Assembly (NCBI GenBank): GCA_951406725.2
Contig: OX597816.1
Location: forward strand, 109,802,001-109,866,000
From: Octopus vulgaris
Lineage: Eukaryota
Length of the DNA stretch: 64,000 nucleotides
Direction of reading: 5' to 3'
Part shown: one piece after another, positions 39,527 through 53,278 of the stretch
How positions within the stretch are numbered: position 1 is the stretch's first letter
Layout of the letters: the number at the start of each line of letters is the position of its first letter
Made by a program: the position numbers and the translations under genes
The notes under the pieces: model-generated
Databases searched by the model: none
Seen by the model: only the letters and a program-made list of their open reading frames with translations
What the model was told of the DNA's origin: nothing

Positions 39527-42500
39527 CAGAGAGAGAGAGAGAGAGAGAGAGATAGTTATATTTATGCATGTGTTAGTGTGCATAGTTAATATATTCATAC
39601 ATGCACATTTATAAATATTTCCCCATCTATGTAAATATATGTCTGTATACGAGTTATGCGTGAAAAAATGTGAATCTGATGTACGAACATATTCAGCTAC
39701 CAAAATTCTTGCTCGTTGATATCTTTATGTCCATCTTTAAGAGTAATATTGCCTAAGTATCGCATCTATGCTTGAGAGTGGCTATATTGGAATCAAAGTA
39801 ACTATGCACAGACGATTTCAAATGTCAACTCATTTACTCTATTCATATGAACACACAGAGCGGATATATGGTGGCAATGTTATTAATATTTACCTTTTGA
39901 AGATGTGATTCATTGGTTATTTTATATAAACACTCACGAGCAGGCACACACGTGCACATACACACACACATGCATACGCACATACACACGCATACACGAA
40001 CACAGACATAAAAAGTAACTATGTAAATGGCATATCTATTATGAGGCATTATTGAGTCATGCATAAAGTTATGTGGTAATTAAATTGATTTGTTTTACTG
40101 CATGTTATATTGGCATCTCACGAATGATATTTGTATTTGAATCTCACTTTTTGTATTCCTCTGTCTCTGTATAAACACACACACACACATCATCATATAA
40201 TACATTTTACTATATAATAAATACAGGAGTTACACTTCAATTTATCTGCTTGAAAATTACGACTTTTTTATGGGGCGTTTCTATAAGGCATGCTGTGGCC
40301 AATCCAGCTATCATTCAGGCTCACACCTCATGGAAAAATCGTTAAAAGACGTTTAGGAAAGTCAGGGTGTTAATACTATTCTTACAAGTTAGGATTTTCT
40401 TATTTCAACTGTAATATTAAAGCGTGCCATAAAAGTCTTACCTACAGATAAAGAATGTTGATTGTATAATTTGTCTTCTCGGTTATCAGAATCTTTAACT
40501 AATAAGACTATTAGGGACTTGGATGAAAAGCCGCTAAAGTGTTTTCAACAATGTATTTAATCCTGTGATAACAGAAATATCCTGTGATGTATATATCTCA
40601 TAAAAATATTGTTGACCACAAATCTTGAAATTTCGATGCCAGAAAAAATATACTGCTTTACTTCGGCTTCCAAATATGGACTGAAAGCTCTGTGTTCTTA
40701 TTGTATGCATGCTTCAAAGAAAACAGTGTAAGTAAATTTCTTTATGGGGAGGTATTATATAAGTAATTAGCATAAATCTCTTTAGAGCCTAAATACTAGT
40801 TCATCAAACTGTAACACTAAAGTTTTTCTGGCAAATACGTGAGATACTCCTGGTGATTTCGTAGTCTTATTTTGATTTGATAAATTTAGAAACATTTCTC
40901 CAATCTCCCCAATATAGCGTGACAAAAACATCAGTAATTAAATGTGTTACTGCGTAAAAACTGGAGGTATCTAAAATGAAATAATAAAAACGTCTGCCAT
41001 ACATGTTGAAAACAACTAGTACATTAATTCTAGGGGGATTAAATAGGTGGACAGATGTAGATAAATGCATATACTATGAGAATTGAATAAAAATATATCA
41101 GCCTAATTTTTCTTTATCCTAAATTCAAGGTGACGTACTGTTTTTCTTTTCTTGACTGTGTACAATGCATGAAACTTTGGAACTAACTAACCAGGTTATG
41201 GAGTTTGTCAAATTCATAATCTGATTTCACAATCTGTAACAGCATAAAAAAATATTCAAATGTTTCAATCAAAGAACGATTGCACATTGCAATATCCACT
41301 AGACAGGAAGAATTTTACACAATCTTGAATGTTTCTTCCCAGAGTTACTTCAGTCTCCTATTACTCAACTGTTACTTTGGAAACTCTTTCGTGGTGATTT
41401 ATTTTTTCAACAAAGGAAGCAAACAAAAAGGAATTGTTACTTTCCATAGCTCTAAATTAAAAGGTGATGCATCATATTCACTTAAATACAAATACGTCAT
41501 AACTAACCAGAAACATTTTCTTTGTAAGAATTTTTGGGGAAAATTCTTTGAACACTTGAAATTAAAAATATAATGTCGGTTATATTTTCAAGTTTGGCTC
41601 CAATTGTTTGAATGTTGTTGTTCTTAGTATTGTGAATACTAGAGTTAGAAATGTCAGCACTTGAATGCTTTAATATTTCCAAACAAAATCTGATACAAAA
41701 AGTGATGGGAAAGTATAGAAAAATAACAGAGCTAACACAAATGTAAGACAAATAAGTAAAAGAAAAAGAAAACGACAAAATGTCTAATCGATCATTTTAT
41801 AATTTTTACTAGCTATAAATGTCAAATTTGTTTTGCAGCCCTTTGTTTGTTTATAACTTCTTTCTGTGCTTTTTCAGGACCCCAACCAGCTATTAATGTT
41901 TATAGATTTCAATAACATTTCAGCTGTAAAAGAGAAGAAAATTAAAACCAAAATAAAATACACATATATTTTCTTTATCTGTGTGTATCTCCTTCTTCTG
42001 CTATCTCTGTTTCCTTACCTCACCTTCTTTTATTGCTGCCTTTGTTTTTTACTATCTTTTAATAACAGATATATAACGATATTTCTTTTATGCATTTTTG
42101 AGTAAAATCATTTTATTTATTTCAAATTGTAAAAACGAGAGAAAAAGGAAAATATGAAGAAATGCAATTTATAAAAAAATATAAAAATAAAATTGAAAAC
42201 ATAACCAAACAAGAAACACAGGATATTAACACATTCTTCGTATATATTTAATTTCATAAGGAAACGGAAAATAATGTATATTTATACGAACAGAGATATT
42301 CAGTGATTGAAATCTATATGATTCTGTGATGCTTTGGAAGATAACATGTCATAATAAATTTTGTTTTCTTGTTGCTAATAGAGTAAGGATTTCACAGCTA
42401 TAGCTAAACTGCTTATCCTCATACAAGTGTAAAACAAAAAAATCGGTCAATTGCTCAATGTTCTTGTTATGTCCATGAAAGAACTCGTTTAGCATTTTAA

Positions 42501-43884
42501 TTCCAAGTTAGGTCTAAACTACTACGTTAGAGAAATCTGTTTCTTCCAAGTTAAGTTATTTCATTCAAACGTAGAGTTGTGACATTTTAGTTGTTCTGAA
42601 AATATGTGTCATTGTGTGGACGCCATACTAACTATTCAAGGTGTTTGTGTTCTTAGGTATTAAAGGTAAAAGTAGTGTGAAACAGATTTTATGAACATAG
42701 TGAGCAGATAAAAATACTTAAAAGGAAATAATAACCATAGAAATACGAATACAAAATTTTAATGATTGGAAGTTAGCTTTGATTTGTTAACCTAAACATG
42801 GTTACTATGCTTCTACAAAAGTTATTGTCGATATACTATTGAGAACGTGAAACAGGTAAATCGAATTTCAGTGATGATAATGAAGTTATTATAAATAAGC
42901 TTTTCTCAAGCAGGTCTGTTACACATTAAATATAACAAAATGCATACCAACACGTTCAAAACCAAAGATATACGGATATAGTAAATCTAGTAAGAGAGTT
43001 TAGATTGTATTTAGCATGCATTTTATGTCCTAGCCATGTCTCCTTTACTGTTATACACAGCTTGATGGTTTCCTGTTCAGAATATAAAATGTGCTATTTT
43101 TACAGAGCATGTGATTACGTTCATGATCCCTTATTGATTTACATTGATTTCTTCAATGACAAAAAGTGACTCACTTTGTGTATGAGAATAATTTTATTTT
43201 ATTGATCTCCGAAAGTTTTAACATCAAAGCTTGTCATTTCGGGATTTGAATCCATATAACATGAAAGTAACTAAATACCACAAAGCATATTGTCGGATAC
43301 TCTTCCGTATCTGCAAATCACTTTGCTCGCCAGCGAGGTAGTATTAGTAACGAATATAACATAAATGATAAAAATATAATGATGCGGATCAAATCTTTAA
43401 TATATTCATATGACATTAAATCTTTCATAATACTGGAACCGATTCGGATATTGCATCAGAATTTATGAAAATATTGAAACTTCTGTCGTTATGTAATATT
43501 CCTAGTGTAAGTCCTCATCTCTATGAAAGCAAAACAGTCTGTTACAGGTAGAATGAGTTCATGAAACAATTGCCGATGTTACATCGCTGTCGTCGGTTAC
43601 AGAGGTAAAATTGTACGTAGTCGTTAATATTATTTACAACCAGGTAGAGCGTGTTGCATAACAAATATATATATTGGATCCTGTCAGAGTGCTGAGCTTT
43701 AGTATGATATGAAAGTCTGACCCTCCAATCTAGTACTTCACTGATCTGTCCAACCATCCATGAATCTATACATTCATATGTTTATCAGTCTTTCTATCTA
43801 TGCATACATGTAAGTTGGTAAGTGAAGTTACTGAGCCATTTCTATTGTTATTTACATTATAAGTCTTTGTAACTGTATTTTTAA

Positions 43885-44050
43885 AGGGCCAGCCTTGTCA
43901 CGCTCTGTTACTCTGAATTTCCCTCAGAACTACGTCAAGGGAACACGTGTCGGTGGAGTGCTCAGCGACTTGCACGTTAATTTCACAAGCAGGCTGTTTC
44001 GTTGATCGGATCAACTGGAATCCTCGTCGTCGTAACCGACGGAGTGCCTC
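43885..44050 (+). mobile_element. Probable SINE 3' fragment
   Basis: GC-richer island GGGCCAGCCTTGTCAC...GTGGAGTGCTCAGC...CGTAACCGACGGAGTGCC. Resembles a cephalopod SINE tail from memory. Single copy in this window. Confidence 0.45.
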
Positions 44051-46214
44051 GAAAACGTTATAATTCTAAATGAATATAACTTAAAAGATAACCTTCTTTT
44101 AAAAGTATTATAACATAGAAGTTATCAGACCAGGTAGTTATACACCTGTTTTGGCTCAACTTAAAATTTTTTCTAGTTAGTCATGTTAACATGATATGTT
44201 ATTTAAGTTTCATTTTCAATTTGATGCTTACACAGACTATGAAATAGAAGAGATAGATGATGTATATCGCAACTCACGAATAAAACATGAATTTCCCCAT
44301 CAGTTTTGTGATAAAAGAAATTAATGCTAATTTGCAGAAGATGTGAACTTACTTTTTCATACTCAAAACGCAGAGTACATCTCCTATGAAGTGTTTTCAT
44401 CACGTTCTATATAATTTCCTTGCAGTTTTGTTTAAAATCTTAACGTATTTATCTATGGAGAAAGACAGTGAAAGAAGAGGGAATGAGAATTGCAGAAATT
44501 AAGTTCTTCTGTACTACCTTCCTGTGCATTAAAAGTAGTTCTCCTGAAGGTAAATAACATACCACACCTTGATTCCTCTGCGCTATTAAATAATTCAGCT
44601 GCTGTTGACTTTTGCTCCACGGAATGTATATTCAGGATTAAATGGATTGATATATGCCAAATTGGCTTAAATTCAATTCTTACAATAAGATAGTGTATAG
44701 TTGAGATCCGAATATTAATTTCTCAATTTTGAAAATGCTTAAATTAGAGGCTACTAAATTTACTATTATAAATGTGCTAATATGCTGCCGAATTCAGAAT
44801 GTCAGTTGTATTAATGTCTAAATTAAAACAATATATTTATATTTGTATAGTCAAAAATTAAACCTTCAATAAAAAAAATGACTACCAGGCAATAATGCAG
44901 TGGATAAATTTCCAATGATCATTCTCACAAATATCACCTCGTATATTGCTAAAGACCATACTCAGAACGCAGGCTGCACGAAAGACACTTTTATACCAAT
45001 CATTATCTCCCTCTCATATAAACAAAGTTTGTTAAAATTTTGCTGAAAATCGTTCTGTTAGAGTTCTGCACCCTACAATTAACACTTTTAATTGATTCAA
45101 GTTCCGAAGATTCTCTCCATTGCTTTCTTGATCAGAATTAGCCGTTCATATAATTATCATATTGTCTTACTATAGATGGAATGTACTTAATTACAGTGCA
45201 TTAGTTCATTGCATACAGTATATTAAGACATGTTGCTAATATTTTCACATGTAACACATTACCCGTTATAATTCTCTTAAGTGCAATGCCATGAATATTT
45301 CATACAAAAACGTCCTAAATATTCCACTCGGCTTAGATGGGGGTCAGCATCTATAGAAATAATGATAATCTAGTGAGGCTAATTTATCTTCGATGTGGCC
45401 GAGGTAATATACTTCCTCAAGACGAGCATTCTATATATAAAACACGACAGACTCTAACATATGTTATATATCGAGTTGAAAAACTTCGATTAATATCATT
45501 CAACTACGGTAGTAGCTGAATCATATTCTCAAAGCTGCAAATTTACTCATACGCAGCATATTTCAAAGCTTGTCGCTAATTCAGTTCTTAACCAAATTGA
45601 AAACCGTTAATATGTTTGAAGGGAACTGGGCTCTAACTACATTTTGGCATAGAAAATTGAGATTTGGTCCAGTTGAAAAAAGTTTACATCGAAATTTATA
45701 GCAACGTTATTGGAGAATGCCTTCAATTAAGTATAGATCTAAATAACTTTATTATTTTAAAAGCAAAATATATTTATGTTAGCTAGCTTCAATCATAGAC
45801 GAAAGCATGAGGAATTTCATAGTTTTTGTCCCATGCAACAAAAAATTACATAAAAAAGTTGTGAGGTAAAATTTAATGAAAATCATATAAGGAAAAACAG
45901 TGGATATAAGTATAATTAACTTTATTTTATCTTAAAAACAAACTATATTTTAATTACACTTAAATGATGGAGCTCAATTCGAGGAATTTAATGGTATCAA
46001 TTTCATGCAATGAAGCTTTAGAAGAAAAACCTTATGAGTGTTTACTTCTTAAATTTGAAGTATAGTATAGTAATAGTTCTATACATTTTTATTAATATAG
46101 TTATATAAGGGACTTATAATGTATGTCACCGGTATCATTGACGTAAGGAAAAAATTATCAATGACATCGTTAGTTGACATAGTTGACACATTATTCATTA
46201 GCACAATAGCATAG

Positions 46215-47060
46215 CCTGGAAAAACATGCATTATGGAAAAATACATTATAAACCGGGAAAATTATAGGACAAGTTATTGCAGTTGGAAAAGTTCAGGACA
46301 AGCTATAACATCTAGTAAAGTACAGAACAAGACAATTTTTAAGTAAAATATTGCAGCAAAGGATAAAATTTAAATATCAAAAATTATTTGATTTTAGTTT
46401 ACAAAGTAACATCATTCTAAAAAAAGGCATCAGCACATTGTTAAAATAGTGACATACAAGAATACTTAAAAATGAGAGCCAAAAGTAGCAATATAGCTAA
46501 AGTTCTATGCGAAGTAGAACAGGATTTACGGTAGGCAAATTCATTATGTAAAAAATAGGCATTGGGTCAAGACTAAAAATGTGAAGACTTGCCAATAACT
46601 CAAGCAAATTTTACCGTGAATTTGTTGTTATATGTATATTTTTCTGTAATATATAACTAAGGCTTGTATTATTCTATTTCTTGTACTATGTTCTACTATT
46701 ATGTTTTATCACTTATTTTCAAATTTCTAATTATTAATTAATAATTTTAAAAAAATTAATTTTATTAAAGTACAAAACATATTTCGAGTTATTTAAAATT
46801 TTTAATAGAAGTAACATGTATTATCTGGTAATAAAGTTTTTTGCTTTAATAAACGCTAATATTTTCTAAATCTAAATATTCTATTTGAAATTTTATCATT
46901 AGCTGCAATATTTTAAGTAAAATTTTCTTGTTCTGTACTTTAGCAGATGTAATAACTTGTCCTGAACTTTTCCAAGTGTAATAACTTGTCCTGTACTTTT
47001 TCAGGTTTATAATCTTAAGAATATTATTTTTCTTCATCGCATTTTCCCATGTAATTACCC
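46215..47060. mobile_element. MITE-like element with long imperfect TIRs
   Basis: TTGGAAAAGTTCAGGACAAG..TAAAGTACAGAACAAGA..AAAATATTGCAGC (~46284-46357) is mirrored at ~46902-46975. Confidence 0.7.
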
Positions 47061-48579
47061 TATACAGTTAGATGAGGAAACAACTAAGGGTATTAAAAAT
47101 ATAAAAAAATAAAAATACAACGTTTGGGGCGGGACTAAGTACAATAGCTAACTGAATGAGTGTGGGTAGTATAAAGTTTAGCAATGGATCTGCTTCACAT
47201 ACGCTTGTAATCTTTTCCTTGCTCCAGCCCATTGTTTGCGGTAATGGTTTGGCAGGATTGTTATATATGAACACGTTACGAGTAATTCAGATGTGTGGAT
47301 TAAAGCATGTGTTTTATACCTGAGCGCTTTAATCTACATCGTACATATTGCATTAGTGTAAATGAAGCTAATTATATGTGAAAACTATATAATTTGAAGA
47401 ATGAACTTGCACCATCTTGCATGAACATAATATCTACTGACACGTAAGTGGTATCGATAAAACTCTTCATGACTTGAAATTCATCGCTGGAGTAATATAA
47501 ATTTTTTTCTCAAAGAGGAAAGGAATGAAACATATTTAAAACAAAAGACGACAGAAATGGGTTAGATCTCTGGAAGAAGGTAATGTAAAACGAAATTAGC
47601 TGGAAAATGTGTTCTGTGACAATGGAATTCTCATACATCTGTGAATTTAATATATATATATATATATCCAGACAAGAAGAACGTTAATAACTAATGAGGC
47701 AGTGTATACAGTTTATAATCTTAATGAAGAAGAACACTTCAGAGTTCAGTATAGTATATCAGCACCCAATGAAAGGAATTCCAATATTCCAAATACTAAC
47801 TTCGAAATGACCTACAATATGGAATACACGAGACACGAAACATATTGTATTTATACAAGTGGTTTGAAATTTTACCATTTGGAAGAATTAAGGTTTGCGG
47901 TAACATAACTAAATAATCCTATTCTATTTCCTTTCGCATCTGTTGGTATGTGGATAAATGTGTTTGATTATACTCAGAACGAGGGCATCAAAAAATAATA
48001 GAAATGTATTATGCTGATAGTAAAAACGTGGACGCGAAAGTTAATAATTTGTAATACTTAAATTACATTACACTCAAACATCTCTTTCTGAATGTCACAT
48101 AGCATCTCATGTAGTAAAATTGAGATTATAGTAAGTTTCCTCATTTCACAGGATTACGATTTTCATTGTCAGTAAGTAGTTAACTAAATGTAGTTTCAAC
48201 CATGAAGTGAATATAAACATTTCAGAGTAATTATTGTTATCACTATAAGCTTCGTCGTCGGTCATTTGAGAATGCTAAACATAAACCATTATTTCTCGTT
48301 TTGTGACAATAACCATCAGTCTTCAATTCAATTTGTTCTAATTCTATACTCTTATCCAGTTTCATCACTTAGACTCAAAATATTACCTCTTTCACCCAAA
48401 CAGCATTACCGGACAATGGCTATTGTGTTATTATTTTATTTGGAAGAGATATCAAATAATGTAATGTTTTAACCGTTAAATAAATTCCATAACACGAACT
48501 GTTTTTGAAAAATTGCTTATTATTATCTGCAGCTAGTCATCGTGTCTACGACTGTTGATGGTTATGGCACAACTTGATA

Positions 48580-48950
48580 AGCTTTCTCCATTCTGGTTGG
48601 TTTTTCGCTTGAATTTACCATTTATTATGATCAATTTCTTTCCACTTCATATTCCGTTTTGCATATCTTTAAATCACAGTCTAGGTTTTCCATGATTTAT
48701 TTTCCTATTCGATACTTGAGAGAAGAGGATTTGTCAGGGGAGTCTATTGTTGTCCATGCAGTTTACGCCACCCAATTAATGTAAATTTCTATCAATGAAG
48801 ATTTCCATCATATGAGGCAGACAACCACGCCGTAGGATCTCCTCTTTCCTGTTTTGGTCAAAAAGAGTGATATTCATAATTCGTCGCAGCTGTCCTTTCA
48901 TCCATGCATGCATTTTGTCTACTTGAGCATTATAGCCTGTCCAAGTTTAA
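48580..48950 (-). mobile_element. Decayed RTE-clade RT C-terminus
   Basis: TWTGYNAQVDKMHAWMKGQLRRIMNI...EEILRRGCLP...MDNNRLP*QILFSQ matches the RTE/BovB-type thumb region. Confidence 0.7.
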
Positions 48951-49930
48951 TTATCCTCATTCGTGCAATTTCATCTTTTAGTAGCTTGTACTTTTCAATC
49001 TCTTCCACGTTTTTGTCACCCACTCGTGCATCTCCAGGTTCAGGTCTTCCTTCTATCCACTACAACGATGTCTAGTATCAAAGCCTCAATACCAGAGGAA
49101 TACTGGATTGTAAAATCTTATAAGGTCTTATACTCACTATTCTCGTTGACGGCTTCTAGTTTGTACTTGTACCATTTGTGTGTGCTTTTAAGACTGTTTC
49201 ACACGCAATCTCCATTGGACAAACTTAGCTGCATTATCATGACTCCTTTTGTATTCCTTTTAGGCCAGTTTCTTACACTCACTCACAATATATGAGAATG
49301 TTTCCTATTTACTACCAGACATCTTACAAAGAGGTGATTCGCTTCTCTTATCTACTTAGAACTTGATGGAATTAGTTCTCAGTGCTTGTTCCTGGGCGCT
49401 GGATATCAATGCCTCAGGTCATCATTTCGTTAGACACCTCCAGGTGTCAAGCAGCAAACTAAACCTTGTTTGCCACTGTTAGAAAAAGCGACCTAGTGAA
49501 AATGTGACGGACTCAAAAGTATGTAAGAGACAAAATTGAGGGTAAAGATGAAACAACAGGAAAATGAAAATGATGCACAGGAAATACCTCAGAGAAATGG
49601 AAAAGAAAAGAAGTCTTCTCTTCAACACAGATGTAGCATCCTATTAGACATATTCCTCCCTTTTATCTAGGCACATACAGTCTATCGATATTGCTTTTAA
49701 GGTTACCTCGTTGTTCATTGCCATCATTTTATTAGTTTTCATATGCATTTTTTCCAGCTTGTCCCTTGTCTACCTCACAATGTGGACGCTACTATACCTT
49801 TTTTATAAGAATATCAAACTTTCAGTCCAAATTGTATTTAATTACACTTACTGAATATCTGCGCTATTCAAACCAGACAATTTACTTCAAGTCCGCTCTT
49901 CCTGAAATGCTTTAAGTCATCCGCAAATGG
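48951..49930 (-). mobile_element. Old R4/Dong-like LINE (RT plus endonuclease fragments)
   Basis: FADDLKHF...QIFSK..QFGLK (~49830-49927), and SECKKLA..EYKRSHDNAAKFVQW...LDIVVVDR...PGDARVGDKNVEEIEKYKLLKDEIARM. Confidence 0.7.
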
Positions 49931-50039
49931 CATATGATTTAGCATTTCTCCCCTCCTACTCTTCCTCGTCGTCATTGTCGTTGTCCTCTTCCTCCACCTC
50001 CTCGTCCCTCTATATCATCATCATCACCATTATTATTAC

Positions 50040-50118
<79 letters not shown>

Positions 50119-50121
<3 letters not shown>

Positions 50122-51400
50122 TAGTTTTATTTTTATAGCGTGCTTTCACTTCACTACCGAGCGCAGCTCTGTGTGCCTTGGGTATGTGCTGTGATTTGTT
50201 GTGATGCTCTGATGGTTATTGTATGGAAAGTGTTCTGCGTAGGATGTGTGCAGTGCCTAGTAGTGCAATTTTGTGTATGTTATATGTGTTTGTAAGTCCT
50301 GGTGTTTTTGTTATGTATTTGTCTGAATATTTTTTTATCATGCCTAATGCACCTACTATGATAGGAATTGTTTCTGTTTTCAGATTCCACATTCTAGTTA
50401 CCTCTATTTCCAGGTCTTTGTATTTTGAGAGTTTCTCCATTTCTTTTAGAGACACGTTGTCATCTGCCGGTATTGATACATCAATTAGAAAGCATTTTTT
50501 TTTTCTTCATGATCTCTAACAACTATATCTGGTCTGTTGGCCTTAATTTCTCTATCTGTGTGTATCGGCATATCCCAGAGTATGGTTGCTTTCTCGTTTT
50601 CTGTGACCTTTTCTGGTGTGTGCCTATACCATCTTTTTCTGTTGTTATTCCATAATGTTGGCATAGCTTCCAATGTATGTAGGTTCCAACTCTGTCATGT
50701 CTGTGAATATATTCCTTCTTAGCCAGGACTGGGCAGCTAGAGATAATATGATTTATTGTTTCTTGTCCATCTCCACATATTCTGCAGTTACTTGTAATAT
50801 TTCTTTTCATTACATGTTTTTGGTAATTTCTGGTGGGGAGGCTTTGGTCTTGTGCTGCAATTAAAAATCCCTCTGTTTCTGCTTTGAGTCCTGAGCTTCT
50901 CAACCATTGCTGGGATTTTTCTTTGTCTATTTCTTTTGCGTTTAGTTTAGTGCAGTATTTACCATGAAGGGGCTTTTCTTGCCATCGTTTTATCATGGTT
51001 CGTTGCTGTTCTATTTTTAGTTTGGATTTCATTTGTTTTATAGCTTTTGTTGTTTCTTCATCTTCTTCTTCTTCTTCTTCTTCTTCTTCATGTTTATTAG
51101 GTGGTATGATTTCTTGTTTGTATTTGTCAGCTTCCTTAAATACTGAGAACAGTTTTTTGTTTTGCTCGTGTTTTGCCGCTATCTGGATTAGTTTTCCTTC
51201 CTTCTGAAGTAGATATTTTTGTAGTCCTATGGCGGTCATTTTATAGTAGTTTTCCAGCTGTATAAGGCCTCTATCACCTTCTATACGTTGTATATATAGT
51301 CTTTCTATGTCAGATTTTGGGTGATGCATCCTAGATCCTGTCAATATTTTTCTTGTTTTCCTATCTATTTTGGTCAGTTCATTTCGTGCCCAGTTAAGGA

Positions 51401-51402
<2 letters not shown>
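50119..51402 (-). mobile_element. 5'-truncated R4/Dong-like non-LTR retrotransposon (thumb, CCHC finger, restriction-like endonuclease) inserted in (TAA)n
   Basis: IDRKTRKIL...HHPKSDIERLY...LHGKY...AAQDQSLPTRNY...CRICGDGQETINHIISSC...RHDRV, then RPDIVV...KLSKYKDL...IIVGALG...ALLGTAHILRRTL. Two frameshifts, short 3' UTR, TAA tracts on both sides. Confidence 0.93.
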
Positions 51403-51442
<40 letters not shown>

Positions 51443-51475
51443 AATTACTATTATTATTACTATTATTATTATTAC

Positions 51476-51550
<75 letters not shown>

Positions 51551-51596
51551 TATTACTATTATTATTATTACTATTATTACTATTCTTCTTCTTCTT

Positions 51597-51627
<31 letters not shown>

Positions 51628-51644
51628 TTATTATTATTATTATG

Positions 51645-52190
51645 GGGTTTCCTGTTATCTGAGAAAGTAACAATCATCCCCTTTTCTATCACTCCTATAC
51701 GACAGCAGATATTGTTTTAGCCTTGAAGTTCCAAATTTTGCCAATTTTTATTTCAAGATCTTTGTATTCGATCAGTTTTTGGTAGGGCTTGACAGATACA
51801 TAAATGTCGATTAGGACAGTTATATCGATGGAAAAGTATAATCTTTGTCTGAAATCTCTCAATATGATTCTGGCTTATCCTCATCAATTTTTCTGTCAGT
51901 TTGAACTTCAAAGTTCCAAAAGAGTGAGATGTTATCATTTTCAAGCACTAGAGGTGGTTTGTAGTCTCACCATTGTTCATCACGGGGCAGGTCCAGGTCT
52001 TTAGAAATTGCCTTGTGATAATCTGTGAGCGCAAGAAGGCTGCACATGGAGACAATGTAATCGAGGGTTTCATTTTATTGTTTACATACACGACATCATG
52101 GGTTACATCCGCTCTTTAAGATGTTGGCCTCGTAGCTTCTTGTAGGTAAGCATTGGTTTTCAAAAGGTTGTTCCTAGAAAGATTATTAAG
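51645..52190 (-). mobile_element. Older R4/Dong-like endonuclease-region fragment
   Basis: SIDITVLIDIYVSVKPYQKLIEYKDLEIKIGKIWNFKAKTI parallels the 50.2-50.5 kb peptide. Confidence 0.7.
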
Positions 52191-53239
52191 CTTTCAACAG
52201 TCATTATCAGATATTAAACACGATAAAATATATACAAAATGAAACATTATTCGATGTGCCTTAAACCATCTCTATTAGAAATGGATTATTCCGTATTGAC
52301 ACCCTGTCAGCGCTGCTTTTCACAAGAAACATTACTACAAACTCTACATGGATCTCCTATAATTACAGCGTTAGTTGTGTTGAATGAACATTGACATTTA
52401 TGGAGTTTCCTCTTCTGTTATGTCTGCAGATCGGCATTCCTCTTGCTAGTTTTACTGCATTGATTTTTATTACATATTTAGCCAGTAGCTGAGTAAAACC
52501 CGTAGACTTAACATCGGACTTTTTGTTTTCTGAATGACATCGCTGACACTTTTCGTACAGACTGATTCTTTTGTGTTTTACGGTGTAAATTACGTTTCTA
52601 AAGCAATTTGATTGCAAATTCTTTTCTGCTGTTAAATTTCTGCAGTAAATATCTCTTGTTTGTTTCATAGATCGTCCATTTCCCGTATTCTTTTCCGGAA
52701 TATGTGACATAACTTCTACGTTATTTTCTATCAGTATCTACTTGCTTTCTCCATGCTGCTTCGCGAGAGAGTTTGGAATCATCTCTCTACAGATGATCCC
52801 TACTTCGTCACAACAGATGATATTTCATTTGTTATTTTGTTTAGATTAGAGATAGTGGTTCTTGATTATGATTATAAAGGCTGTAATGACGCGACGTGTG
52901 CATGCTTTATTTCTGATGACATTTTGTTGGTGAGTTTAATTTGGGGATGTTTTTTTTTAAATAATTCTTTATTTTCTTCCATCTACAGATTGCTTTGGTT
53001 ATAGCATATATATGAAGAATTTTGTAGTTAACCTATTCATATTTCTATTCATATCTTTGATTTTAACTGTTTAATATTATTTCGTATTTTAAGATTCCAG
53101 ATTTAGATTTGCTACTTACACCAAATGTATTGCAATATCTAGCTCTATTATCAACTAAAGGAGCTCATTAGCTTTCTGTACACGGGAACTTCCAGCTCAG
53201 CCCAGCACAAACATTATTATTTTCATCGTCATTAACATC

Positions 53240-53278
<39 letters not shown>

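Noticed and set aside
44353-44452. Minus-strand exon candidate with a good acceptor and GTAAGT donor
   Set aside because: Stops in all three frames and no partner exons. It could only be non-coding, which is unsupported without RNA data.
50523-51692. 389-aa ORF as an intact gene
   Set aside because: It is a chimera of an older Dong fragment, poly-K/poly-N microsatellites and a truncated Dong-like LINE.
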